Assembly (NCBI GenBank): GCA_000388065.2 | Contig: KB932203.1 | Source of the DNA: Fonticula alba ATCC 38817 | Lineage: Eukaryota > Protista > Nucleariida | Length of the DNA: 57,064 nt | Reading direction: 5' to 3' (one strand) | Shown here: positions 1 through 13,149 of the stretch, one piece after another | Layout of the letters: each line of letters begins with the position of its first letter | How positions within the stretch are numbered: position 1 is the first letter of the stretch | Made by a program: the position numbers and the translations under genes | The notes under the pieces: model-generated | What the model saw: the letters and a program-made list of their open reading frames with translations, nothing else | Database searches by the model: none | Told to the model about the DNA's origin: nothing

Positions 1-244
1 CCCGCCCGCCCGCCCGCCCGCCCCCTTGGACGTCACACCCGGGGACACCCTCTCGCCCCAAGTCGCCGAGGCAACGGCCCGCGTGCCGACGCGCCCGTTC
101 GCGCTCCCGCCCGCCGCCCGCCGCCCGCCGCCCGGCCCGGCCCGGCCCGGCACCGGCTTCAACCCCCGGCAGGCGCTTCGGCCGGCGCCCCGGTGTCGCG
201 CGGGGTTTTCCCGGCGCCTAGAGAATGCCAGCGGCCGAGGGCCC

Positions 245-293
245 GACGCCGGCTCATCACAGCCAGACGCCGGCTCATCACAGCCAGACGCCG
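245..293. repeat. 21-bp tandem repeat, about 2.3 copies
   Basis: gacgccggctcatcacagcca occurs at 245-265 and 266-286, followed by a partial copy gacgccg. Confidence 0.9.
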
Positions 294-2799
294 CCGCCGC
301 TGGCGCATTAGCCCATGTGCATTGCAAAGTACAACGACGGCCCCGCGCACCCCATGATGATCGCGCACCGGCCCGGCGGGCGCCGCGGTGCCCGCCCCCC
401 CGTCGCGCCCGCGCTCCCACACGAAATGCGGTCGGTGTGCGGCCCAAACAAACGGTCCAACTCAGAAGCAGGCGCCCGCATTCCAGAAAATGCCCCCCGC
501 CCCGCCCCACGCGCCCCAGCCGGCTGCCCGGCCGTCTGACCGCGAGCAAGCCGGCAGGGCACCCCCCCCCCGCGCCCGTCGCCGGTCCGGCCGCGCGATC
601 AGGCCCCCGCCAGCGGCGGGAGGCCGGAGCCGGCCGGGGGGCGGCTGCCCATGTGCCCGGGCCGCCCCTCCCGCGGTCTTGGTCTCGACCACGCCACCGG
701 ACGATCAAGGTATATTGGGTGGTTTATTAATTTCCCTGTTCCCGCCTTGAACACGGGCCCCCCCCCCCCGGCAGAAACGGAGCATGCCAGCGCCGGACGG
801 CAACCGGTGAGACCATCCCCCCCCCCCCTCCCGCAGGGCTCCTCACCGGCCCTGCTGCTGCCCGGCGCGCGGCACACAGGGGCCGGCGGCGGGACTGGCG
901 CACAACGCACAACCGCCGGGCACCGCTGGGGGGAGGCGGGGGGGGGCCCGCCCACACACACGTGCCCCCTCGCACGCCAGACATACGCGCGGGAGGCCCC
1001 TCCGCGCCCGCGTCCGGCCCACCCGGAGATCCCCGGCGCACATGGACCGGCCGGCGGGCCCTTTTTAATTGCGAAACCGGGCTCCTCCGGCGCCCCCCCG
1101 GATGAGGGCCCTGCCTTGGGGCCGCCCGCCCCCCCCCCCCCCGACCCCCAGGGCGCCTCCGATGGCGGTGAACATGGCGGGCGGCCGGCCACCCGGCCGG
1201 TTGAAGGCGCGGGCCGGCAGGACCAGCAGGGTCGTCTGCCGGAGAAGGGCTGGCCCGAAGGGCCCCCGTGGCGTGTTTTTTTCGGCCAAAGAGAGTATAC
1301 GGACTTCCTGCCGCGCTGCTGCCCCGCGCACCCAGCCCCCCATGTGTGTGGATGTCTCTGTCGCCGCCGGATCCCGCCGCCAGGACACGCTGTGCGCCGG
1401 CAAGGCGGCCCCGCCCCCGCCCCCCTCCCCCGGACCGGAGTCTCGCCCTGGCAGGGGGGTCCCGCAATCCGACCCGGACCGCGCTCGGGCTGCCCCCCCC
1501 CCCACCCCCAGCCGGCTGCTCTGAGCCTCGCTCGGCCTTCCGGGCAAGCCACATCCCCCGCAGGCCCTGCCCTCCGGGCACCCCCGAAAAGGGGCTACCG
1601 GTTTCTGGGCCGCCTCTCCGCTGGCGCACGCGCGCGCGCGCATGGACACGCCATACCCTGGCCGACACGCCTTCTGGCCGCCGCCCCCCCCCCCCCCCCC
1701 CGGGCGCCTGGCACGAAAAGAGGGGGCTCGCGCGTGGCCACCGCGCCAGGGGGGAAGGGCGGCGCCTGGCGGGCGACCGCGGGCGCCGGGAGCGGACGCA
1801 CGCGCGCGCGCGCGCGCGCCATATTGGCCCCCCGCCAGAGAGGGGGGGGGGACAGGGGAGCCGCGTGTTGAGCCGGACCACCTCCTGCCCCTTCCGCGCC
1901 GGTCGCGCCTGGCGGCGGTTGGGCGGAGGAGGAGGGCCGAGGGCGGGAACGCAGCCATCTTCCCCAGCCAATGCCCCCTGAGAGGCATCACCGCATCCCG
2001 AAAGGACGCGGGCCCCCCCCCCCTCCGGAGCTCTCCCGAGGCCCGAGTCGCGCGAGGGGTCGAGAGCCGCGCTCGACAAGCCGTGTCCAGCTCCCCCTCG
2101 CCGGAGGCCCGCGTCCCGGTGCGCCCGCGGCGAGGCAGCCTCGTCCTCTTCTTCCCTCGGCGCCCACCGCCGGGGCCGTCCCTCGGCTGCTTTCGCCCTT
2201 GCCCGAGCCCCCCCCCCCCTCCCAGGCCGACGAGCCGACGGATGTGGGCATCACCGGCCCGACTTAACCGACGCGGTTACATTTCATGGTCACATGCTAC
2301 TGTCCCAGTGACATGCGCGTGCGGCCTGGTGTGCCGAGCCACCGGCCCGCCCCACGCCCACCAAGAACCGGGGAGGGCCCCACGCGTGCGTCGCGCTTGA
2401 CCATTGGAAGGTCCCGGCCTCCGGAGGCGCTCGGGGCGGCGCGCGTGCGCGCCCTCGGCCGCGGGGAATGCTCGGCGCGCATGCGAGGGCCGTGCGCCGC
2501 CCCCCCCCCCCCCCTGGCGACTGTCCCAGCTGGCCGGGGCCGTCCCCCGGCTGGACCAGGAGGTCTGGGCGGGGGGGGGGGTGGGGCGGATGCCGGGGGG
2601 TGCCGGCGGAGCCGCCCCGGCTCGCATCCGGCCAGCCCCCGCCGAGCAGGAGCCACCTTCATGCGCCGGTGGCCTTGCCGGGCCCTCGCACGCGCGGGCC
2701 GCCCTCCCCTCCTCCCCCCCCCCCCCCCCCCCCCCTGCCCTCCGCCCCTTGGTCGCGCATCCCCCCTCTGATCTGCTTCAGACCCCTCCCTCATCCAAG

Positions 2800-3466
2800 A
2801 TGGACCCGAACACGGCGCAGGTACTGTTCCCCATGGCCCCCCTCCCCTCGTGTCTCCCCTCCCACTGACACCACCCCCGCCCCCGCGCTCCCACGCCTCC
2901 GCGCCTCCGTGTGTGCACGTCGTGGCCGGTGCGGGAAAAAAAAAACAATAACCCCGCCACGCGCACCACAACCAAGACTCTCGAAGATCTCGAGAAGCAC
3001 ATCTCCCTGCTGCTGGAGAACAACACCGAGACCGTCAAGAATGCCACCGACTACCTGAACAAGAACTACCTGAAGTCCCCGCAGAGCGTGCCGGCCCTCT
3101 GCCATCTGATGTTCAACTCGCCGAACCCGGTGGTGCGGCCTTCCTCGTGCTCTCGGCCCCAGCCGCCCACCTGCCCGTCCCTCTCTTTTTTTTTTTTCAT
3201 TGACCTGGCCCCCTTTTTCACGCAAGCGCAGATCCGCCAGATGTCCGCCACCCTCCTCTTCCGCCAGGTCACCCGCTATTGGATCCGCGTCCCTGAGGCC
3301 GAGCGCAATGCCCTCAAGGAGACCATGCTCAACCAGATCGTCTCCGACCCCTCGTCCGTCCCCCCNNNNNNNNNNNNNNNNNNNNNNNNNNNNNNNNNNN
3401 NNNNNNNNNNNNNNNNNNNNNNNNNNNNNNNNNNNNNNNNNNNNNNNNNNNNNNNNNNNNNNNNNN

Positions 3467-3501
<35 letters not shown>

Positions 3502-6500
3502 ACACACACACTCATTAGTGAGGTCGTCCGCCGGGCCATGGCCCGTGTCGTGTCGGTCATCGCCAAGCACGAGGCCGCCAGCAACACCTGGCCGCAGCTC
3601 TTCGACTTCCTGAACCAGTGCTGCATGTCGGCCGACGTGTCCCACCGCGCCCTTGGCCAGCAGCTGTTCCTCACCTGCTCCGACACCATTGCCGAGACCC
3701 TGCGCAAGCACTTCCCCTACCTCTTCCAGAATGTCTTCGCCCGTGGCCTCAAGGACCCGGAGTCGCTGGACATCCGCGTGACCACGGCCCGCACCATCTC
3801 CCGCCTGTCGCTGTTCCTCAAGAGCAGCGAGGAGACCATGCTCTTCCAGAACGTGGCCTCCGACCTGCTGGCCACGCTGGCGGCTTGCATCGCCGAGGAT
3901 GACTCCTCCAACGCCATTCTTGTGTTCGAGGCCATCGACGAGATCCTGGAGCAGGTCCGTGTCTGGCGCCCGGCCGAGCCGATCGCTGTCCACCTCATGC
4001 CATGCCCCGTGCTCCCTTGCCTGGTTGTGGCTTTCATGCCTACACGCATGCACGCGTGCACGCATACATGCCTACGCGCATATATATATATATATATATA
4101 CGCATACATGCACATACACACACGCACACGCCCACTTACTGGCCCCCCCCCTCCCCCCCCCTCCTCCTCCTCGATACCACAGCCCCGCCCCCTCTTTGCC
4201 AGCCACTACATGGAGCTCATCAACAGCGCCATGTCGGCCGTCATCAACCCCGACCTGGAGGAGGACATCCGCCACCGCGCCCTGACCATGATCATGTGGC
4301 TGTCCCTCTACAAGCGCCGCGCCCTCACCTCCACCAAGAAGATCCCGGAAATCGTGGCGCGCATCGTGCACATCCTGGCCGAGCGCGAGGAGCTCGTCCG
4401 CGGCGAGATCATCGCCAATGATGACCCCGACGCGCCGGACCTCTTCAGTGTCGCCTGCGAGACCCTGGACGCCTTCGCGGCCAAGCTCTCCCCGACCGTC
4501 ATCGGCCCCATCATCCTGGACCTGCTGACCCAGGCCTTCGCCCAGGGGGTCGACGCGCCGGCCATGCGCGCCGCCACGCTCATGGCCCTGGGCCTCATTT
4601 CCGAGGGCTGCGCCGACTTCCTCTTCAACAACCACGGGGCCTTCTTCGGCCTCATGGTCCGGGCCCTGGAGGACCCGGTCCCCGGGGTCCGGCAGCTGGC
4701 CTGCCTGGGCCTGGTCCGCCTGGCCACCACCCTGCAGGATCTGATCACCGTCAGCCATGCGGAGATCATCCCCCGGCTGATGCGCATCATGGACGTCGAC
4801 ACCACCGACACGGCTCGCGAAAAGGTCTGCCTCTGCCTGGATGCCATCTGCGAGATCATCGGCGATGGGGTGCTGCCCTACCTGGAGCCGCTGTTCCAGC
4901 GCATCGGCGCCCTCCTGACCACCACCAGCCGCCCGGTGCAGCAGTCCCTGCTGGGCATCATCAGCTCCCTGGCCTTCGCGGCCGGCGAGCGCTTCAGCCC
5001 CTACCTGGACCAGGTCATTTCCATCTTCCGCACGGCCCTCAGCATGACCGCCGAGGAGGATGTCGAGCTCCGTGCCGCTGGCATCAGCTCCCTCGGGGCG
5101 GTGGCCACCTCGGTCGGGGCCGACCTCTTCCGGCCCTACCTGGCCGAGTTCCTGGACCAGGTGAACCTGGTCTTCCAGGATGACAATCCGGCCCTGCGCG
5201 AGGCCAGCTACGAGTTCTACTCGTGCATTGTTCGCGCCTACCGCGACGAGTCGGCCTCCCTGCTGGAGGTGGTCGTCCCGCGCATGTTCGAGTCGGTCAG
5301 CTCCGAGGCCGGCATTCAGCCGGTGGTGGACGACCTCGGCGAGGCCGATGACCTTGACCCGGATGCCGAGGGCAACGGCGAGTTCCTCCACTCGCAGTTC
5401 ATCAGCTCGGCCCCCTACCTGTATGAGAAGGTCCTGGCTGTCAGTGCCCTGGGTGACATGTGCATGCACGCCCCGGCGGCCTTTGCCCCGTACATTGCCC
5501 GGTCGGTGGAGCTCCTGGTCGATCAGGCCGAGTACTTCCACGCCTCGGTCCGCCTGGCCGTGGCCGTTTCCCTGGGCCAGTTCATCAAGAGCTCGCGCAA
5601 CCTGCAAATGGGCACCGTGCCGTTTGAGGAGAACAAGGTATGTGCCGCCCCCCCCCCCCCCCCCCNNNNNNNNNNNNNNNNNNNNNNNNNNNNNNNNNNN
5701 NNNNNNNNNNNNNNNNNNNNNNNNNNNNNNNNNNNNNNNNNNNNNNNNNNNNNNNNNNNNNNNNNNNNNNNNNNNNNNNNNNNNNNNNNNNNNNNNNNNN
5801 NNNNNNNNNNNNNNNNNNNNNNNNNNNNNNNNNNNNNNNNNNNNNNNNNNNNNNNNNNNNNNNNNNNNNNNNNNNNNNNNNNNNNNNNNNNNNNNNNNNN
5901 NNNNNNNNNNNNNNNNNNNNNNNNNNNNNNNNNNNNNNNNCCCCCCCCCCCCCACGCCACACGCCCCGTGCCATACCATGCCGCGTTCTCCCCTCCCTCT
6001 CGCGTGCCTGTCCGACCGAATGGCGGGGCCTGGGTCTTGTCCCCTGCAGAAGAAGGAGATCACCCCGGAGCTGCAGGATCTCCTGAACAAGATCGTGCCG
6101 ACCGTCATCGAGATGCTGGTGGCCGATGTGGATCCGTGCGTTTGGCGAGGGCCGACTGCTGGCTGGCTTTTTTGGCCGACCCTTTTCTTTTCTCCTCTCT
6201 CACACCGGATCTCGCATCCGCCGCGCGTCCCTCCCCTACCCCCCCTCCCCCTGCCTCCCCGTTCCCAGTGAGGTCTCTCGCGAGTGTATCTCCATCATCA
6301 GCGAGATGCTGCGCCATGTTGGCCCCTGCCTGCTGACCGAGGAGTGTGCGTCTCCCTCCTCGCGGCTGGCCCCTCTCTGTCTGTTCCCCTGCGCGCATGC
6401 GCACGCACAGGCGGCCTGCTAACCCTGTTTTGTGCCCAGCCTTCTCCGAGATCTCCACCATCCTGGTGATGATCTTCAGCGGCCAGCTTCCCTGCCAGAT

Positions 6501-6701
6501 GGACGATGATGATGACGACGACGAGGAGGAGGACAAGAGCCACGACGGTGGCGATGCCGACATGTCCGAGTTCGAGCTCATGATCCTCGAGTCCGGTGCC
6601 GATCTGGCTGGCTCGCTGGCGCTCACCTACCCGGCGCATTTCGGTCCTGTCCTGCAGAAGGCCTACCCCCACCTCATCAAGTTCGGCGTGCGTCGGCATC
6701 C

Positions 6702-6746
<45 letters not shown>

Positions 6747-7816
6747 TTCTCTCCGAGCGTCTCCCCCTTCCCTGTATGCACGTGCTTTCTGACACCCGCC
6801 CCGCCCCGCTGCCGCCGTCTCGTCCCCTCTCGCACAGTCCCCCAAGAGCACCGACCACCTCCGGTCCATGGTTGTTGGCTGCCTGGCCGAGGTTGCTGAG
6901 GGCATGATCCACCCCCATCTGGCCCCCTTCGCCGAGAGCATGGCCACCGGCTTCATGAGTGCCTTCAGCGACAAGGAGCCCGAGGTCCGCCGCAATGCCG
7001 CTTACGGCCTGGGCTGCACCTACTTCAATGCCCCGGACAGCCTGCAGGCGTACGTGCTGCTTCCAACTTCGCTTTCTGCCCGCGTGCTTCTTGATTTCCC
7101 CTTTTCCTTTGAACGGGGCGCGGCCTTCGCTTCGCCCCGGGCCATTCCTCTCTTAGTCCACCGTGTCATGCCCATCGCCCTACGCACGCACACGCACACG
7201 CACACACACACGCACACACACACGCACTTGAACCTGACGCATGCGCGCCTCCCTTTCACCCATTCACTGCACACAGTCACGCCCAGTCGATCCTCATCAG
7301 CCTGAACAAGCTCAGCCACGACAAGAGCGCCGAGGTCAAGGACCATGCGGTTGGCGCCGTGGCCCGCATGATTCTTGCCACTCCCGAGGCTGTTCCGCTG
7401 GAGTCGGTACGTGACCAGTCCCATGTCTGTCCGTTTGTCCCTCTCCTGCCCCCCCACTAACACCCTTCCCCTTTTCACGCACGCGCACACAGATCGTCCC
7501 CACCATTCTCAAGAACCACATCCCCCTGAACCAGGTCGACGATGAGGGGGATGTCATCTTCAACTGCCTGACCCGCGTGCTGGCCCTCCGCCCGGATATC
7601 ATCAACGTGGCCCAGGACGATGCGCTGGCCCTGCACCTGGTGTCCAACACCGCTGCCATGCTGTCCGTGTCGGACATCCGCACCCCGGTCATCGAGGCTG
7701 GCAAGGGCTTCCTGAAGGCCGTGGCCGAGGCCATGGGCCTGGACAAGTTCAAGCAGCTGGCCGCCACCCTGGACGCCGGCAAGCAGGCCCTCCTCGGCCA
7801 GCTTCTCTTCAACTAA
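2800..7816 (+). CDS. IPO4: Importin-4 / karyopherin-beta (Kap123-like), HEAT-repeat nuclear import receptor, 11 exons visible
   Basis: Phase-consistent GT-AG exons: 2800-2820, 2977-3132, 3232-3353, 3519-3954, 4183-5637, 6050-6135, 6269-6345, 6440-6687, 6838-7049, 7277-7406, 7493-7816 (TAA). Importin-beta-like N-terminus (IRQMSATLLFRQV), HEAT motifs (LEDPVPGVRQLACLGL, FSDKEPEVRRNAAYGLG), acidic loop DDDDDDDEEED and C-terminal VKDHAVGAVARMI...IPLNQVDDE fit IPO4/Kap123. Two introns contain N gaps. Confidence 0.85.
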
Positions 7817-8383
7817 GCAGTGGGCTTCCTCTCGACCACCGCGCCTTCCCTGAGGAGGCGCCACAACAACCGTCAAGAGGAGGAGTGCGCGGGGCCGGGG
7901 CCCGGGGCCCGGGGGAGGCCTCGCACGGTGTGCTACCCTGTGTGCCGCTCGCTCTCCCCCTCTCCCCTGGCGTTCTCCCGCCTCTCCTCATCTCGCCTCT
8001 TTCCTCCGCCATGTGCATCACCCCCCTCCCCCCCGTGTGCACACATAGATCCCCTTTTCCCTTCACACGTCCACATGTGCGCGTCCCCCCCTCTTTCTCC
8101 CCTTCTCGCCCCTCCAGGAAATATACGCTCCGTGTACGAATGTAAGGACACGCTTGCCGCACGCATGCGCATGTAGTGGCGCATGAAAGCATGCATGCCA
8201 AGACTCCCCCCTTCCGGGCCCCGCCACAGACACAGTACTTTGGCCACCGAGGACAGCAGCAAAGAAGATGCCGGGGCGGGATGTGTCCGGCCGCAGGGGG
8301 AGATGGCCTGCTTGTTGGTGGAGCAAATGCGTGCATCTTCAAACCGGGCACGCGCTCTCCGTGCGCGTTGTGCCCTGGTGCCG

Positions 8384-8387
<4 letters not shown>

Positions 8388-8440
<53 letters not shown>
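8388..8440. repeat. (TC)n microsatellite; similar tracts occur near 6705, 40950, 52495, 54925 and 56405
   Basis: Uninterrupted TC dinucleotide run seen directly in the sequence. Confidence 0.9.
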
Positions 8441-8442
<2 letters not shown>

Positions 8443-9948
8443 CCGGGGTGGGTGGCTGGATGCGCGGGGTGACCGCGGGCGCCCGCATGATTCGGGCGAG
8501 GAACACCATTATCACATGCCAACGAAGAGGACACCCTGACCCTCGGCCGCGTTTGTGAGGGGACCCTCGTGGGGTATTTGCTAATATTGTCAGGGGCGCG
8601 CGCGCCGCACCGTCGGGGGGGCCCATCTGTCTGTGCATGCGCATATCTGAGCCATCTTGCTTGTGTGTGGGGGGGGGGAGGGGGGCTGGTCCTTCCCCCG
8701 GGCAAGGGACAAGGAAGGGGGTTGCTGGCCGCGGAGCCGGGCACTGGTCAGGCAGCATTTAGCGGCTTACATCGGGCGAGGGGGTGGGCAGGACGGCCCT
8801 GCTGGTGTCGGGGCAAAGGGTATGAGCGAGGCGCTTGCTCATCGCCTCTCGTCACGGTCCGGCAGCCGGGAGGGCGAGAAAGAGGGGTGGGGGTGCGGGT
8901 GTCCTGGCGCCGCCGGTGCAGGGTTCTCGCGCCTGGGCCCGGCCCCGCCCAGGGTGGCGGCGGGGCATCCACACGGCTGCCTAGCAAAAGGGGGAAGCCG
9001 GCCGGCCAAGGAGGAGCCCAAAAACGTGCGGTCTGGGACACACGTCCGCGACGCCGGAGGATGGGCTACCCGGTGTGCCCCCTCGCCCCCCACCCCGAGG
9101 GGAACAGCGGGGCCAGGGATGTGTCCAGAGGCATCCTCGTGTCAAGCCCCCCAGTCTCCCCCCCCCCCCCCCCCCGTACGGTGCCCGAGCGACATGCTGG
9201 GCGGGAGAACTGGCGCAGACAAGGCCCTCAGGGACGCGTAGGGCGGCGGGGCGAGGGAGAAGGCCGGAGAGGGAAGGGCAGCGCACACCCAAGGGGTGGT
9301 ACGATGGCCTGCCGCTTTGTGTAGCCGATACAGCAGACTTCCACTCTCGGTTTCTTTCCCCCTCCCGATGTTCGCCTTCTCCTCCTCTCCCTCCATCCCC
9401 CTCTCTTTCCCTCAGCCTCCACTCGCCTCCTGTGCCATTTTGCCGTCCCTCTCTCTCGCCCACCTGCTGCCTTTTTCATGCGCCCCTGGTGCACATGTGT
9501 GCATTCCACCCGCCGCATCTGGCACGGGCCAGTCCGTGTCGCGCGTGTGGGTGTGTGTGCGCGCGCGCGCGCACGCCATGTCACGGGGTGGCCCGGAGCC
9601 CCGGCCAGACATTTCGATGCCCGCACATGGGCGCGCCGCTCCTCCCTCCCCTCTCCCCCCTCCCCCTCGGACCCCCTCGGGATGATCACTCCCCCACTCT
9701 CTCCTCCCCCTCCTCCTCCTCCTGCCTCCCTCCTGGCCACCCATTAACGAGACCTGTCTGCTTCCGTGTCCCTCACTCTTTCGACGCCGGTGTCCCGCCA
9801 GTTGGTTGATCATCAGGCTCCTTTGTATGTGCTCTGCCTGCTGGCTCCCCCCCCCCCCGCTGCTTCCCACCACGACCACTCCCTTTGCTCCTCCTCTAAC
9901 TCGTCCGCCACTCGCACGCACCCTCCCTCCCTCCCTCCCAACAGAACC

Positions 9949-11087
9949 ATGTCCGTCCGCCTCGGCCTTCTGGCCCTCTCCGGCCCCGCCCTCTACGCCA
10001 CCGTCTCCTCTGCCAAGAAGATGGAGAACTCCGATGCCCTGCACGCTCCCCACTACCCGTGGCACTTCAACAAGCCGCTCGGCACCTTCGACCACGCCGC
10101 TCTGCGCCGTGGTTTCGAGGTGTACAAGCAGGTGTGCGCCTCCTGCCACGGTCTCTCGCGCGTGGCCTTCCGCAACCTGGTCGGCGTGACCCACACCGCC
10201 GCCGAGGCCAAGATGCTGGCCGAGGAGATCGAGTTCCAGGACGGCCCCGATGAGAACGGTGACATGTTCATGCGCCCCGGCAAGGTGCGCCAACTGGGCC
10301 CCGGCTTGTCCCTCCTCGCCGCGCCCCCCGCCGCCCTCCCCCTGCTCCTCCTCGCCGCGCCCCTTGTTGCTGACTGCCCTCTCCCCTCCCGTCCGCCCTC
10401 CTCCTCGCTCGCTCTGGCACGCGTACATCCGCACGCGCCCGCAGCTCTCCGACTACTTCCCCGAGCCCTACGCCAACGAGAACGCCGCCCGCGCCGCCAA
10501 CAACGGTGCCTACCCCCCGGACCTGTCTCTCATGACCAAGGCCCGCCACAACGGCAGCGACTACCTCTTCGCCCTGCTGATGGGTTACTGCGAGCCCCCT
10601 GGCGGTGTTGAGATCCGCGATGGCCTCCACTACAACCCGTACTTCCCCGGTGGTGCCATCGGTATGGCCCGCCAGCTGTTCGATGACATGATCGAGTACG
10701 ATGACGGCACCCCCGCCACTTCCAGCCAGATGGCCAAGGATGTCACCGAGTTCCTGTCCTGGGCTGCCGAGCCCGAGATGACTGAGCGCAAGCTCATGGG
10801 TCTCCGCGTGCGTGCTCTCAATTGCTCTCGCTCTTTCTCCTCCCCCTCGCGAAGAAGGGGGCGACCCACCGTGCCATGCTGCTGCATCCATATAGCCTGT
10901 CTGCCCCTTTGCTGACGCTGGAATCCGGCTCCCCCTGGCCCCTTCGATGCCATGTGCGCCCCACCACGCTGTGCAGGCCATGGTCCTCATGACTTTCGCT
11001 GCTGCGGCCACCTGGTACATCAAGCGCCACCGGTGGACCGTCATCAAGAACCGCAAGGTCGTCTACAACCCCATGATGAAGAACTAA
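9949..11087 (+). CDS. CYC1: Cytochrome c1, heme protein subunit of mitochondrial complex III
   Basis: Exons 9949-10284, 10445-10807, 10977-11087 (TAA). Motifs: [28 protein letters not shown] (CxxCH heme site), [21 protein letters not shown] (Met ligand), [12 protein letters not shown], and a C-terminal TM helix followed by [15 protein letters not shown]. An extra upstream exon cannot be excluded. Confidence 0.97.
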
Positions 11088-11964
11088 GTCCCCTGCGGCC
11101 CCGCCCCCCCCCCCTTCTGGCGACCACGGCCCCTCGTCTCCCTGGCTGATGGCCGGTCGGTATGTGAGCGTGAGTGTGCGCGCGTGCGCGAGTGTGCCGC
11201 CCTCTGTCTGGGATAGGGACCGCTCTGCTCGCCCTCCCCTGTCTCTCTCCCTCCCTCCCTCTCTCTCTCTTCCGTCGGCGGCGCGCCTCGCCGTTCCTTG
11301 CTCCACATGCACCCATCTGCGTGGGTATCCCGGGGATGTCGATGGCCCGCCACATTCACGCAGGGAGAGGAGCAATTCGCCCCCCTCTCACACCCACACC
11401 CGCGCGCGCGCGCGCGCGCGTGCGCATGTGCCATGTGTCCCCCCCCTCCCCCGCGCCCCTTCCCCTCCGCTCCCTCCCATGTGCTTGCCCATGGCATGGG
11501 GCGTCCCCTGGACGTCGGGTTCGGGAGGCGTCGTGGTGTCACGCGCGCGCGTGTGCTCGTCGCTTTTCAGTCACTTTCTCCCCCCTCCTCTCCAGAACTT
11601 GCCGGTGCATATCCCACTACACACTGGCCCTTCTCCCCTCCCCCCCCCCCTGTACACGAGCGGGGGCATGTTCGACGTGGACGAATGTGTGGCGTCGTAT
11701 ACACTGCCCGCGTAGCACCTCGTCCCATCCCCCCCCCCCTCCTTTCCCCCTCCCTGCCGCAAACCCAAATACACCCCTGTTGTGAAGATTGCCCCCTCGC
11801 CTCCCTCCCCCTCGCGCGCGCGCGCGCGCCTGTCGCATCTCCCCTTTCGGACGGGCGGGAGGGAGACACCCCTGCCCCATGCTTGCTGTGGCCGTGGCCT
11901 CTGGGCGGGTGAAAAAGGGCGAAAGGTGGCTCTCTGTTGCGGCACTTTATTTGTCCTTCTCAGT

Positions 11965-12531
11965 TCATGCTAGGAGGTGCATGACCCGGATGATGTCAGC
12001 CAGGTCTGCGGCCAGGGGCTGGAGCTCCGGCGGCAAATCCTGCTCCTCTGGGTCGGCGCAGAACCCGGGTGCCGGCGCTTCGACCGGCGGGACGGACCCA
12101 TCCGCTCGAAGGATGCGCTCCAGCAGGGCCGCATCCGGCACCAGCGGCGTGAGACGAAGGCCGGGACGCGCATCCGCCCCGCCGCTGGCCGGCCGGGAGC
12201 CCGGCTGCAGGAAGACCGGCGTCACGGGGCGCCCATCGCGAGGCGCTGTCGCCGTCGGCCGAGCCTCGCTCCGCTGCTTCAGTGTCTCGGGCATCGCTGC
12301 GTGAGAGTAGGCGGGGAGAAGAAGGGGCAGGCAAAGAGTACGCCGTCAGTCATCAAGACGCGCCGGCACATGCATACCCGCCGGGCACCCGGGGCCGGGC
12401 GAGATGCCTCCGGCAGAAGACGCACCGGTGTCCAGGCCTGGCGCAGGCTGTGCGAGGGCAGCCGCCGGGCCGGCATTCTCCTTGCTCAAGGACCGCCCGG
12501 GGGCGGGAACAGGGGCGAGAAAGGAATCCAT
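11965..12531 (-). CDS. Small 161-aa two-exon protein with N-terminal KEN box; putative securin (separase inhibitor)
   Basis: Exon 1 is 12531-12378 (MDSFLAPVPAPGRSLSKENAGP...). The intron has a GTATGC donor and CAG acceptor (12377-12297). Exon 2 is 12296-11965 (TGA). Phases match and codons are GC3-rich. VPPVEAPAPGFCADPEEQDLPPELQ resembles the securin segment [25 protein letters not shown]. The gene model is better supported than the family call. Confidence 0.5.
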
Positions 12532-13100
12532 GACGCCAGGGGGGAGGGGCGGAGGGCGAGAGCAGAGAGGGCGAGCAAGAGGAAGAGGGCGCTTGCGGGT
12601 GTTCCCCCTGCCGGCAGCAGCGACGGGCTCGCGGGCGATATTTTTTATTGTTGTTGTTTTTTTTTCCCTGTTTATTGGCCGCCCCTCTCCCCATCCAAAG
12701 CCCCCGCGCCGTAGAACCAGCACCTCCCCAGTGTCTGTCTGGGGGGCGAGGCCGGGGGGGGGGGGNNNNNNNNNNNNNNNNNNNNNNNNNNNNNNNNNNN
12801 NNNNNNNNNNNNNNNNNNNNNNNNNNNNNNNNNNNNNNNNNNNNNNNNNNNNNNNNNNNNNNNNNNNNNNNNNNNNNNNNNNNNNNNNNNNNNNNNNNNN
12901 NNNNNNNNNNNNNNNNNNNNNNNNNNNNNNNNNNNNNNNNNNNNNNNNNNNNNNNNNNNNNNNNNNNNNNNNNNNNNNNNNNNNNNNNNNNNNNNNNNNN
13001 NNNNNNNNNNNNNNNNNNNNNNNNNNNNNNNNNNNNNNNNNNNNNNNNNNNNNNNNNNNNNNNNNNNNNNNNNNNNNNNNNNNNNNNNNNNNNNNNNNNN

Positions 13101-13149
<49 letters not shown>

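Noticed and set aside
1-2770. Numerous Pro/Arg/Gly/Ala-rich ORFs here and in 7820-9900, 17300-19800, 28600-29900, 31150-33600 and 56340-57064
   Set aside because: They are expected by chance in very GC-rich DNA with homopolymer tracts, overlap in all six frames, and show no codon bias or recognisable motif. Treated as intergenic/UTR.
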